A stretch of 64,000 nt of DNA from Mustelus asterias (GCF_964213995.1 NC_135830.1:19406001-19470000); one strand, 5' to 3'; positions 50,199-62,922 are shown, counted from the stretch's first letter. Notes: generated by a model not told the origin, from the sequence alone. Translations and numbers: made by a program.

Positions 50199-52853
50199 TC
50201 TGAAATAGATGTTTCAATGGTGAAAGATCAAACAGGCGGGAGTTTAAAATTCAGCTTCAAAACCTGTTGGAAATCGTAGGATAGTCAAACGTTTTTAAGC
50301 CGACAATATCGCCATTACCACCATTTTACAAACAATAATAGATTGTTTCGTGCGATTAGGGAGCGAATGGATTCGGGGGGGAAATGCTGAGTTATCATAG
50401 AGTCATCAGGAATGGCAAGAGATAGGTCCAAATGTCGCTCCCGTTGTCTGTAGTTGCAGACCGTCAACTCCTCTGCCAAAGCAAAAAGAGATCCCCACCT
50501 ACATCACCGCTGACCCAACTGATGGCAACCAGGAAATAGCGATAACAAACTCTCCACTAGCAGACATCAGGGCAGGCGGGTCAAAGGGTAACTGTGTGAT
50601 GCCCTACAACTGGTGCTGCTGTCTGATGTGGTGTCTGACTGAGAAGGGACGGCGAACAAATAGTGAGGGGAAAAGGTGTAGGTAATTGCGGACAATACAG
50701 ATGGAGCAATGAAGAGAGATAAGTGGACAGAGAACACGAGTAAAAGAGAGTCTGTGATAGAAACAAAGGGGCGCAGTGAGAAAAGCAATATCCGAAATTG
50801 AATCAGAAATCCCAGGAGGAGAAATAAAAATAACATAATATAACAAAGCATGTGATAAGAAAGGGTGATTTCCCAGAGCCGCTTGTCCCTCTGGAATATT
50901 AGACCAGCAGTAGAACCACAATGTTATTGTTCCCGTATCCGCTGCAGCAAACACACAAAGTGAGGCAGCTCGCTCTGGTGGCGATCTGAGGTAAATGGCC
51001 ATTTCCAGTAAAATAACCAAATTCTCAACTTCTTGCAGAATGTTGTTGGATGATTATGTCGCATTATTCGTGAACATACTGTTATTACATGTATTGCAAT
51101 GAACGTATGCATGAGAGTTAATTCCATCTTTATTTTAAACCCTGACGATGCTCTTTGTTTAGTGTAATATCCCAGGGGACTTGGTGAAAGACTGTAGGAG
51201 GAAACCGGAGCACCCGGAGGAAACCCACGCAAACACGGGAAGAACGTGCAAACTCCACACAGACTGTCGACCGAGGCCGGAATTGAACCCGGGTCCCTGA
51301 TGCTTTGAAGCGGGGAGACCTGAAGAAATTGGATTTTCGACACTCTGAAATTTCGGAAAAACGGGAGAAATGAGGAATCCAATCTTATCAGTTGTAGATC
51401 TATGAGTCAATTAACGTCCATATATTTATACAGCAATATGTACTCTATTGGTTACTTTGGAATGCCAGCAAACAAGGAAGGGTAATGTCGGAATTATTAC
51501 TAAGTAGTAAACGTGACAAAAGCAAAACAATGAGAAAGCCTTAAGCAGCAGGAATGATAAAATCAAAGCAATAAGGTCCATTGTTAACTGGCATAACAAT
51601 ATTTCAGTAACATCATAGAACAAAGAAAAGTACAGCACAGGAACAGGACCGTCAGCCCCTCCAAGCCCGTGCCGATCATGATGCCCTGACGAAAAATAAA
51701 ACCTTCTGTCCTTACCTGGTCCATATCCCTCTATTCCCTCCCTATTCATGTACCCATCCTGATTTGATTTGATTTGATCCATTATTGTCACATGCATTAA
51801 CATACAGTGAAAAGTATTGTTTCTTGGCGCTTTCCAGACAAAACATACTGTTCATAGAGAAGGAAAGGAGAGAGTGCAGAATGTAGTGTTACAGTCATAG
51901 CTCGGGTGTAAAGAAAGATCAGCTTAATGCAAGGTCCAGATGCCGCTTCAATGTTACTAATGTGCCTTCTTCCACCACCTCCTCTGCCAGCGCGTTCCAG
52001 GAACCCACCACTTGCTGCGTGAAACACTTCCCCACACATCTCCCTTAAACTTACCCACTCTCACCTTGAACCTCTGCCCCCTTGTAAATTGACTCTTCCA
52101 CCCCTGGCAAAAAGCCTCTGACTATCCACCCTGCTATGCCTCTCATGATTTTGTAAACCTCTATCAGGTCTCCCCTCAGCCTGCGTCTTCCCAGTGAAGA
52201 CAATCCTAGTTTATTCAACCTCTCCTCATAGCCAACACCCTCGAGATCAGGCAACCTCCTGGTGAACATTCTTTGCACTCTGTCCAAAGCTTCCACGTCC
52301 TTCTGGTAGTGTGGTGACCAAAACTGCACGCAATACTCCAAATGCGGCCGAACCAAGGTTTTATACAGCTGCAACATGATTTGCCAAATCCATTACTCAG
52401 TGCCCCGGCTGATGAAGGCAAGCATGCCATATGCCGTTTTAATCACTTTGGCCACCTATGCTGCCACTTTGAGGGAACTGTGGACCTGCATGCCCAGATT
52501 CCTCTGTATGTTAATGTTACTCAGGGTTCTGCCATTTACAGTATAATTCGTATCTCAATTTGATCCTCCAGCATGCATCACCTCGAATTAAACTCCATCT
52601 GCCATTTCTGCGCCCAAGTCTCCAATCTATCTATATCCTGTTGCATCCTCTGACAAGCCTCATCACTATCAGCAACTCCGCCAATCTTCATATCATCCAC
52701 AAATTTACTAATCAGGTCACCCACATTTTCCTCCAGATCATTTATAGACACAACAAATAACAGAGACCCCAGCACTGATCCTTGTGGACTAGCTACAAAT
52801 CTTCATTCTGAAAAACACCTTTCCATCGCGACTCTCTGCCTTGTATAATCAAG

Positions 52854-53199
52854 ATATGCAGATGCCGGTGTTGGACTGAGGTAAGCACGGTAAGAGGTCT
52901 CACAACACCAGGTTAAAGTCCAACAGGTTTATTTGGCAGCACTAGCTTTTGGAGCCTTAAGCTCCTTCTTCAGGTGAGTGAGGACTTGTGTTCACAAACA
53001 GGGCATATAAAGACACAAACTCAATTTACAAGATAATGTTACAATGTTACAAGATAACCGTTATCTTGTAAATTGAGTTTGTGTCTTCATATTCCCTGTT
53101 TCTGAACACAAGTCCTCACTCACCTGAAGAATGAGCTTGAGGCTCCGAAAGCTAGTGCTGCCAAATAAACCTGTTGGACTTTAACCTGGTGTTGTGAGA
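52854..53199. mobile_element. Palindromic Penelope pLTR mini-element inside a LINE
   Basis: About 150-bp inverted arms; 14-bp TSD CTTGTATAATCAAG (52840, 53200). Confidence 0.85.
53121..53157 (+). ncRNA. Minimal hammerhead ribozyme motif
   Basis: CAC-CTGAAGA-atGAGCttgagGCTCc-GAAA-GC-TA-GTG. Confidence 0.6.
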
Positions 53200-54034
53200 C
53201 TTGTATAATCAAGCCAGTTCTGTATCCATCTACCAAGCCCACCCCGAATCCCATATGATGTTAGTTTTTGTACCAGTCTGCCATGAGGGACCTTGTCCAA
53301 CGCCTTACTAAAGTCAATATAAACTACATCCACAGCCCTTCCATCATCAATTTTCTTTGTCACATCTTCAAAAATCTCATCAAGTTGGTGAGACCTGACA
53401 TTTCCCATAAAATAACATGTTGCCTGTCACGAACAGGTCCATTTTCCTCCAAATGTGCATCTATCCCGTCCCTCAGTATCTTCTCCAAAAACTTCCCCAC
53501 CACTAATGTCAGGCTCACCGGCTACAATTTCCTAGATTATCTCTGCTTCCTTCATGATGCAATATTCGAGAATAAATGTTTATAGAGAATATTCCACTAG
53601 GTGGCTCTGCAAGACCTTATGTTTGACCAAAACTGCATCTATCCAAAGTTCACCGCTGTGACGGTGGCAGCTGTAAATTACAGGATGCTGAATTGTGAGA
53701 GTTGCCAAATTTTGGATGTGATATTAAATCGCGGGCACCCACTGCCCTCTCAGATAACTTACGGTTATTGACTGTAAGGACCCGGGTTCGATTCACGGCC
53801 TCGGATCACTGTCTGTGTGGAGTTTGCACGTTCTCCACGTGTCTGTTTGCGTTTCCTCCGGGTGCTCTAGTTTCCTCCCACAGTCTGAATGACATGCTGG
53901 TTAGGTGCATTGATCCGAACAGGCGACTGGATGATTTTCACAATAACTTCAGTGCAGTGTTAATGTAAGCCTTACTTGAGACTAATAAATAAACTTCAGA
54001 TGTGAAATACAGTGTTGTGCAACTTGTGAACTTA

Positions 54035-54086
54035 CCGGTTAACAGAGCTGCCGCTGTGAGGATTAGAGACAAAGTAACGGGAGACA
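54035..54086 (-). pseudogene. Orphan family D leader exon (V exon deleted)
   Basis: MSPVTLSLILTAAALLT|gtaag with a promoter homologous to 22606-22830; no V exon downstream. Confidence 0.85.
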
Positions 54087-54984
54087 TGTCTGCAGAGAGC
54101 TCCTGGCATAGATAACAGCAATGGGCTGAAGCTCAAATTGTTTCACTCAAGAGTTGAGAAGCGGGTGAGTAACACCCAGCACTCTGCTGATTGGTTCATT
54201 GCCAACAGCGTCATCAATTGACATTCAATTATCTTCAAATATCTTTGTCTTCTAGAACATAGAACATTCCAGCGCAGTACAGGCCCTTTGGCCCTCGATG
54301 TTGCGCCGACCAGTGAAACCAATCTAAAGCCCCTCTAATCTACACTATTCCAATATCATCCATATGTTTATCCAATAACCATTTGAATGCTCTTAATGTT
54401 CTATTCAATCAATTGTATCAAATTCTTTGGATTTTCAATTCCTACCCTCGGCGAGGGGCAAAGAAACATTTTAAACTGAGTACTTTCTGAGGGATAGACA
54501 CAAAGTTAGTCCTTTGACAGAGAAGGAAAACAATAAATGTTGTTCCGATAGGAAAGCCAAAACCCCCCAATTAAAAGAGCTGCTCTCTGACTCTGTTACA
54601 TCCCACAGCCGATACAAGCGGCCACTGCGTCCTCAGAGATTTCGATACAAAATGAATGAATTATATAGTAACGGGGATGGGGTGATTGTTTGATGGATAT
54701 GAATAGAATGGGAGTGAGCAGACAACGCATTGACCCAGCGATCTTCGATTGGTTAGTCATCAGAAATATTCAAGCACACTTATAATAAAAATAACTGTGT
54801 TCACGGTAATTTATTGCTTAACCATCCTAACCATAGACATCCACTTGATATCGATTTCCAAATTTAAAATTAAGTAAATAATCAGGTCATGCATCTTTTG
54901 ACTGCACCTCCCAAACCCACAATCTCTTCCACCAGCTGACGCCTCGGATCATCAGCACCTGTATGTTCCCCTCCAATAAATTTC

Positions 54985-56168
54985 ATAGAATCCTACAGGG
55001 CAGAAGGAGACATTTGGCTCAACAAGTCTGCACCGACCACAATCCCACCCAGGCCCTGTCCCCACAGCCACATGCATTTACCCTACCTTGTCCTCCTGAC
55101 ACTAAGGGACAATTTAGCGTGGCTAATCCACCTAACCCGCGCATCTTTGGAGTGTGAGAGGAAATCAGAGCACCGAGAGAAACCCCACACAGACAGTGAC
55201 CCAAGCTGGGAATCGAACCCAGGTCCCTGCCACAGTGGGGCAGCAGTGCTAACCACTGTGCCACATGCTGCGCTAAGCATGCCATCCTGACTTAGAACCA
55301 TATGGTGTTCCTTTCACTGTTTTTCGGCAAACATCTTGTAACTCTAACAGCACTCGTAGAAACCCTACAGTGCAGAAAGAGGCCATTCGGCCCATCGAGT
55401 CTGCACCGACCACAATCCCACCCAGGCCCTACCTCCATATCCCTACATATTTTACCCACTAATCCCTCTAACCTACGCATCTCGGGAGACTAAGGGGCAA
55501 ATCTGTTTTTAGCATAGCCAATCAACCTAACCCGCACATCTTTGGACTGTGGGAGGAAACCGGAGCACCCGGAGGAAACCCACGCAGACACGAGGAGAAT
55601 GTGCAAACTCCACACAGACAGTGACCCGAGCCGAGAATCGAACCCAGGTCTCTGGAGCAGTGAAGCAGCAGTGCTAACCACTGTGCTACCGTGCAGCCCA
55701 CTGTGGGGGGACCTACACAACATGACTGCTGTTGTTCAAGAAGGCAGCTCACCTCCGGCTTCTCAAGGGTCATTTGTGATGCACAGCAAATGCTGGCCTT
55801 CCCAATAACATTCACTTTTATCAAAGATTAAATCATAGAAATCATAGAAACCCTACAGTGCAGAAGGAGGCCATTCGGCCCATCGAGTCTGCACCGACCA
55901 CAATCCCACCCAGGCCCTACCCCCACATATTTACCCACTAATCCCTCTAACCTACACATCCCAGGACTCTAAGGGGCAATTTTTTTTTAACCTGGCCAAT
56001 CAACCTAACCTGCACATCTTTGGACTGTGGGAGGAAACCGGAGCACCCGGAGGAAACCCACGCAGACACGAGGAGAATGTGCAAACTCCACACAGACAGT
56101 GACCCGAGCCGGGAATCGAACCCGGGACCCTGTAGCTGTGAAGCAGCAGTGCTAACCACTGTGCTACC
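54985..56168 (-). mobile_element. Three same-strand HE1-type SINEs (about 54985-55270, 55358-55695, 55833-56168)
   Basis: Repeated head, central and tail modules. Confidence 0.85.
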
Positions 56169-57562
56169 GAGGAAACACTCAAACAGTGACCCATTCCGAC
56201 AATCAAACTCCTCCTTCCAACTGCTGGCAAGTGCTTCTAAATTTTCTGAAATGAATTCGGAATAAGTGGACAACTCGGGGTAATTTGCACCAATTTTCTT
56301 TTATTTATTCATAGGGCATGGGCGTCACTGGTTGGCCAGCATTTATTGCCATTCCCTAGATGCCTGAGGGCAGTTGAGAGTCAACCACATTGCTGTGCCT
56401 CTGGAGTCACATGTAAGCCAGAGCAGGTAAGGACGGCACATTCCTTCCTTAAAGGGCATGTCGACACTATATAGTTAAGAAAGCCCAACATTGCCTTGAC
56501 TTTCTCAGGAGACTAAGGAAATTTGGCACATCAGCTGCGACTCTCACCAACTTTTACAGATGCACCATAAAAAGCATTATTTCTGGCTGTATCACAGCTT
56601 GGTGTGGCTCCTGCTCTGCCCAAGACCACAAGGAACTACAAAGGGTCATGAATGAAGCCCAGTCCATCACGCAAATCAGCCTCCCATCCAGCGACTCTGT
56701 CTACACTTGCTGCTGCCTTGGAAAAGCAGCCAGCATAATCAAGGACCCCACGCACCCCGGACATTCTCTCTTCCACCTTCTTCCGTCGGGAAAAAGATAC
56801 AAAAGTCTGAGGTCATGTACCAACTGACTCAAGAACAGCTTCTTCCCTGCTGCCATCAGACCTTTGAATGGACCTACCTTGCATTAAGTTGATCTTTCTC
56901 TACACCCTAGCTATCACTGTAACACTACATTCTTCACTCTCTCCTTTCCTTCTCTATGAGCAGCATTCTTTGTCTGTACAATATGCAAGAAACAATACAT
57001 TTCACTGTACATTAATACATGTGACAATAATAAATCAAATCAAATCAAGTTTATTTATTAGTCACAAGTAGGCTTACATTAACACTGCAATTAAGTTACT
57101 GTGAAATTCCCCTCGTCACCACACACCGGCGCCTGTTCGGGTACACTGAGGGAAAATTTAACATCTCCAATGCGCCTAACCAGAACGTCTTTCAGACTGT
57201 TGGAGGAAACCAGAGCACCCGGAGGAAACCCACGCAGACACAGGGAGAACGTGCAGATTCTGCACAGAGTCTGACCCAAGCCGGGAATCAAGCCAGGATC
57301 CCTGGTGCTGTGAGGCAGCAGTGCTAACAACTGCACCACCGTGAACCAGATGGGGTTTTCCAACAATTGGAAATAGTTTCATGGTCATCAGCAGATTCTT
57401 AATTCCAGATCTCGTTAATTGAATTCAAATTCCACCACCTGCCGTGGCGGGATTCGAACCCAGGACCACAGAACATTGGCTGAGTTTCTGGATTAATAGT
57501 CTGGTGATAATACCATAGGCCATCGCCTCAGAAATGCTGAAATTGTAAATTAATGCAAGCAA

Positions 57563-57911
57563 AGGGTGGCACGGTAGCACAGTGGTTAGCACTGCTGCTT
57601 CACAGCTCCAGGGACCTGGGTTCAATTCCCGGCTTGGGTCACTGTCTGTGTGGAGTTTGCACATTCTCCTCGTGTCTGCGTGGGTTTCCTCTGGGTGCTC
57701 CGGTTTCCTCCCACAGTCCAAAGATGTGCGGGTTAGGTTGATTGGCCATGCTTAAATTGCCCCTTAGTGTCCTGGGATGCTTGGATTAGAGGGATTAGCG
57801 GGTAAAATATGTAGGGATTGGGGATAGGGCCTGGATGGGATTGCGGTTGGTGCAGACTCGATGGGCCGAATGGCCTCTTTCTGTACTGTAGGGTTTCTAC
57901 GATTTCTATGA
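57563..57911 (+). mobile_element. HE1-type V-SINE
   Basis: tRNA head, central domain, LINE-like tail. Confidence 0.85.
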
Positions 57912-58263
57912 AATGACAAATTGCAGGAATAATTATTTATCTTTGTTCTTCACAATTGATTGGTGCTACAACAGACGTTGGCAGGAGCAGCTTCTCTCGG
58001 GCAAAGAGGCGAGAATTCCTTTCCATGGATTTAACTGTTGTTATCACTGGGAGCAGCAAGTAACTGCACAGTCTCTCAGTTACAGCCCAGAGATCGGTAA
58101 CGCTTCTTTTTTCTGGTCAAGCTGTTGAACTGTCGTGAAAAAAAGTCTTTGGCAAAACCTGTTTCAGCACTGAACTGCTCATTTTTATATCAGAATAAAC
58201 TCTGGCTGTATTTCAGGTCATTGCCGGTAGCAATATAAATTATAGCTGTCGTTAGCTGCAGTA

Positions 58264-58630
58264 AGAAGTCTCACAACACCAGGTTAAAGTCCAACAGGTT
58301 TATTTGGTAGCAAATACCATAAGCTTTCAGAGCGCTGCTCCTTCATCAGATGGAGTGGAAATGTGCTCTCAAACAGGGCACAGAGACACAAATTCAACTT
58401 ACAGAATACTGATTAGAATGTGAATCCCTATAGCCAGCCAGGTCTTAATGGTATAGACAATGTGGGTGGAGGGAACATTAAACACAGGTTAAAGAGATGT
58501 GTATTGTCTCCAGACAGAACTGCAAGTGAGATTCTGCAAGCCCAGGAGGCAAGCTGTGGGGGTTTCTGATAATGTGACATAAATCAACATCCCAGTTTAG
58601 GCCGTCCTCATGTGTGCGGAACTTGGCTAT
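58264..58630 (-). mobile_element. Penelope 3' fragment
   Basis: Homologous to 8484-8830; CAGTA at both junctions. Confidence 0.8.
58317..58353 (-). ncRNA. Minimal hammerhead ribozyme motif
   Basis: CCAT-CTGATGA-aGGAGCagcGCTCT-GAAA-GC-TT-ATGG. Confidence 0.7.
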
Positions 58631-58934
58631 CAGTAGCATAGATATAGTTTAAAGCCACCACTTCTCCTTCCGTCTTGACTCCTCAGGACAGCAGCTGCTG
58701 ACAGGATCTCAATGACTCAGATCTGTGTGAGATGCTCCAATGTTGAAAGATCAAACAGGCAGGAGATTAAAATTTAGATTCAAAACATGTTGTAAGTAAG
58801 AGGAAAGATAAAATGGTTTTAATCTACTAATATGCCATTATCACCATTTTGCAAACAATAATGGATTGTTTCATGCGATTATAGAAAGCATATTATTAAA
58901 TGAGAAAGAATGCAGAAACGATTTACTAGGATGG

Positions 58935-59350
58935 TTTGATTTGATTTGATTTATTATTGTCACATGTATTAACACACAGTGAAAAGTATTGTTTCTTGCG
59001 TGCTATACAGACAAAGCATACCGTTCACAGAGAAGGAAATGAGAGAGTGCAGAATGTAGTGTTACAGTCATAGCTAGGGTGTAGAGAAAGATCAACTTAA
59101 TGCAAGATAGGTCCATTCAAAAGTCTGACAGCAGCAGGGAAGAAGCTGTTCTTGAGTCGGTTGGTGCGTGACCTCAGACTTTTGTATCTTTTTCCTGACG
59201 GAAGAAGGTGGAAGACTGAATGACCGGGGTGCGTGGGGGGGTCCTTGATTATGCTGGCTGCTTTGCCGAGGCAGAGGGAAGTGCAGACAGAGTCAATGGA
59301 TGGGAGGCTGGTTTGCGTGATGGATTGGGCTACATTCATGACCTACAGAA
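58935..59350 (-). mobile_element. Rex/Babar-type LINE 3' end
   Basis: LPSGKRYKSLRSRTNRLKNSFFPAAVRLLN. Confidence 0.8.
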
Positions 59351-60574
59351 ACTTGATGGTTTGAGTTATAAGGAGAGGCTGGATAGACTGGAACTCTTTT
59401 CCCCAGAGCGTAGGAGATTTAGGAGAGAACTTATAGAGGTCTATAAAATAATGAAGGTCACAGATCAGTTACATAGTCAACAGCTTTTCCCAAAGGTAGG
59501 GGAGTCTAAAACTAGAGGGCATAGGTTTAAGGTAGGAGGGGAGAGATACAAAAGGGTCCAGGGAGGCACTTCTTTCACACAGAGGGCGGTGAATGTCTGG
59601 AATGAGCTGGCAGAGGTAGTAGTGGAGGTGGGTACAATTTTGTCTTTTAAAAAGCACCTAGACAGTTACATGGGTAAAATGGGTATAGAGGGATATGGGC
59701 CAAATGCAGGCATTTGGGACTAACATAGTGTTAAAAACTAGGCGGCATGGACAAGTTGGGCTGAAGGGCCTGTTTCCATGCTGTAAAGCCCTGTGACTCT
59801 ATACATACTGACGGCACCAGCATAAAGTATGGGACTGAGAAACCAGCCACATAATAACTTCAGACACTGCTCTGGTTGGTGTAGTTTACATGGATTTCAG
59901 CAAAGCCTTTGACAAAGTTCCCTACGGGAGATTTATCAAGAAGGCTAATGCACATGGGATACAGGGTGATCTGACAAGGTGGATTCATAATTGGCTTAGC
60001 GGTAGGAGACAGAGTGTGGTGACAGGCAGCTGCTTTAGTGACTGGAGGCCAGTAACCAGTGACGTACCACAGAGATCCATTCTGGGCCCTCTATTATTCG
60101 TCATTTATATAAGTGACATAGATGACTACGTGGGGGGGGTAGGATCAGTAAGTTTGCCGATGACACAAAGGTTGGCCGGGTGGTTAACAGTTAGGTTGAG
60201 TGTCTTGGGTTACAGGAAGATACAGATGAGATGGTCAAAAGGACGGAGAAATGGCAGATGGAATTTAACCCTGAAAAGAGTGAGGTGATGCACTTTGGAA
60301 GGAGTAATTTGACAAGGAAGTATACGATGAAAGGTCTGACACTGGGAAGTTTTGAAGAACAAAGGGACCTTGGCGTGTTTGTCCATTGATCTCTGAAGGT
60401 GGAAAGGCAGGTTAAAAAGGTGGTGAAAAAGGCACATGGCACACTCACCTTTATCAATTAGGGTATAGATTACAAAAGCAGAAAGGTCAAGATGGAGTTG
60501 TGTAGAACTTTGGTGAGGCCACAGCAGGAGTACTGTGTGCAGTTCGGATCACAGATTTACCAGGATGCTATCTG

Positions 60575-60921
60575 AGAAATCATAGAAACCCTACAGTACA
60601 GAAAGAGGCCATTCAGCCCATCGAGTCTGCACCGACCACAATCCCACCCAGGCCCTACCCCCATATCCCTACATATTTTACCCGCTAATCCCTCTAATCT
60701 ACGCATCCCAGGACACTAAGGGGCAATTTTAGCATGGCCAATCAACCTAACCTGCACATCTTTGGACTGTGGGGGAGGAAACCGGAACACCCGGAGGAAA
60801 CCCACGCAGACACGAGGAGAATGTGCAAACTCCACACAGACAGTGACCCGAGCCGGGATTCGAACCCAGGTCCCTGGAGCTGTGAAGCAGCAGTGCTAAC
60901 CACTGTGCTACCGTGCCGCCC
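60575..60921 (-). mobile_element. HE1-type V-SINE fused behind the tRNA-Arg copy
   Basis: Full-length copy. Confidence 0.9.
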
Positions 60922-60935
60922 ATAAATTATCGCAC

Positions 60936-61008
60936 CGAGCCAGCCAGGAGTCGAACCTGGAATCTTCTGATCCATAGTCAGACGCGTTATCCATTGCGCC
61001 ACTGGCCC
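60936..61008 (-). tRNA. tRNA-Arg(ACG) body with anticodon changed to ATG; probable retro-pseudogene
   Basis: 73 nt GGGCCAGTGGCGCAATGGATAACGCGTCTGACTATGGATCAGAAGATTCCAGGTTCGACTCCTGGCTGGCTCG, matching vertebrate tRNA-Arg-ACG as I recall it except C35T. No T4 terminator follows. Confidence 0.9.
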
Positions 61009-62589
61009 ACAATCTGGAATGGAACATTTAAGTTATGAAGAGAGGTTGGATAGCCTTGGGTTGTTTCCGTTGCAGTAGAGAAGACTGAGGGGCGACCTGA
61101 TCGAGGTGTTCAAGATTATGTGGGGCATGGACAGGGTGAATAGTTAGCAGCTGTTCCGCTTAGTTGAAGTGTCAGTTACGAGGGGACTCAAGTTAAAAGT
61201 GAGGGGTGGGAGGTTAAGGGAGGATTTGAGGAAAAACGTTTTTACTCAGAGGTGGTGGCGGTCTGGAGTACACTGCCTGGGAGGGTGGTGGAGACGGGAT
61301 ACCTCACATCATTTAAAAGATACCTGGATGAGAATTTGGCATGCCACAATATTCAAGGTTGTGGGCCAAGTGCTGGCACGTGGGATTAGGTGAGCAGGTC
61401 AGGGCATTTCATGCATCGTTGCAGACACGATGGGCCGAAGGGCCTCTTCTGCACTGTAGCAATTCTGTGATTCTGCCTTGATGAGATATTCAGCATTGCA
61501 TATTTGCACGATTATGTCCAATCTTCACTTTGCTGAATGCTAGTTTATTTCATAGAATCCATGGAATCCCTACAGTGCAGAAGAGGCCATTCGGCCCATC
61601 GGGTCTGCACCGACCACAATCCCACCCAGGCCTTATTCCCGTAACCCTACATATTTCCCTGTTAATCTCCTGACTCTAGGGTCAATTTAACACGGCCAAT
61701 CCACCTGACCCGCACATCTTTGGATAGTGGCAAGAAACCCCACGCAAACACGGGGAGAACATGACGTTGGGGTGAATAATTGAGAGCATTAACGTAATTC
61801 TACTGCAACATTGGTGTTTATATTGAAGCATCTGCACTGTGCTCTTGATTCCATTTGGCACTTATTCTGAATGGAATGGTGACCTGGCACATTAATCTAA
61901 AACAACTTTCAGTGACGTTTTCCAGAGAGAGCCTAGAGAAAACATTCCCCTTGTCTATGGCAGCATGAAGTTGAGCACTTGAAATGCCATAGCATTCAAG
62001 GCTAGGGAGTAAGTGCTGGAAGATTGGATTATAATTGATGGTTGATTGATGGCCATGCCAACAAGGTGGACCAAAACTGAAAAGCTCCATGACTCTATAA
62101 CGATGACTCTAAAGGAAATGCCTGAACTAAAATATTGGGCTCAAATACCAGTGATAATAACATTATGATTTGTAATAATCCTTCACAAGGATTACAATTT
62201 TGTCTCCATCAATGTGTCCTTCATTTCCGAGTTCAATACTGAAAATTATTCCTCAAAAGTACTTCTATCAAACTACCAAAGATACAAGTCTAAATTTCTT
62301 CAGGATTTCAGCATGGGCAAAGCATTCATAGTCTGATAGCAATTGTAACTGATAAATATCGACCCAAATGGACTGGAGAGCTGGAGGTCCTCTGATGTAG
62401 CACCGGTCCATCCATTTGTGTGCAGTGTAGATTTACCAGAATGACACCAGGATAGCAAGGGTTAAATCACAAGGTGGTGAAATAAGATAAATGAGGATTG
62501 TATTCCTCGAAATTTTGTAGGGTCAGCGGATGATTATTTGAAAGTTTTCAGGAGAGCATTAACGTAATTCTACTGTAACATTGGTGTTG

Positions 62590-62922
62590 GAAATGAATGC
62601 TCCCCAGCTCCTCCTGTCTTGAATTTTGCTGTAGAATCCGCTTCTACCACCTCCCCCAGCAGCACATCCCAGGCATTCACTGTGTGAAAAACCTGCCCCT
62701 TATATCTCTTTTAAACTTTCCCCCACTCACTTTCAACTTATGCCCTCGAGTAATCCGTCATAATCATGTAAACGTCTATCAGGTCTCTCCTCATCCTCTG
62801 ACGCTCCAATGAAAAAGATCCAAGTTTGTTCAACCTTTCTTCATAGTCCCTATCCTCCAACCCAGGCAATCTCCTGGTAAATCTCCTTTCCGATGCATCA
62901 ACATCCTTCTGGTAGTGTGGCA

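Larger units (their letters stand above)
51615..53545 (-). mobile_element. CR1-type LINE fragment (paralog of 36495-37880) with nested inserts
   Basis: ORFs 52051, 52578 and 53181. Confidence 0.85.
58050..58722 (-). pseudogene. Decayed TCR V pseudogene, family E copy 3, split by a Penelope fragment
   Basis: Paralog of 27463-27772; insert at 58264-58630. Confidence 0.75.
59350..61475 (+). mobile_element. CR1-type LINE fragments (host of the tRNA-SINE insertion)
   Basis: DFSKAFD, VPQ, C-terminal relics. Confidence 0.8.
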
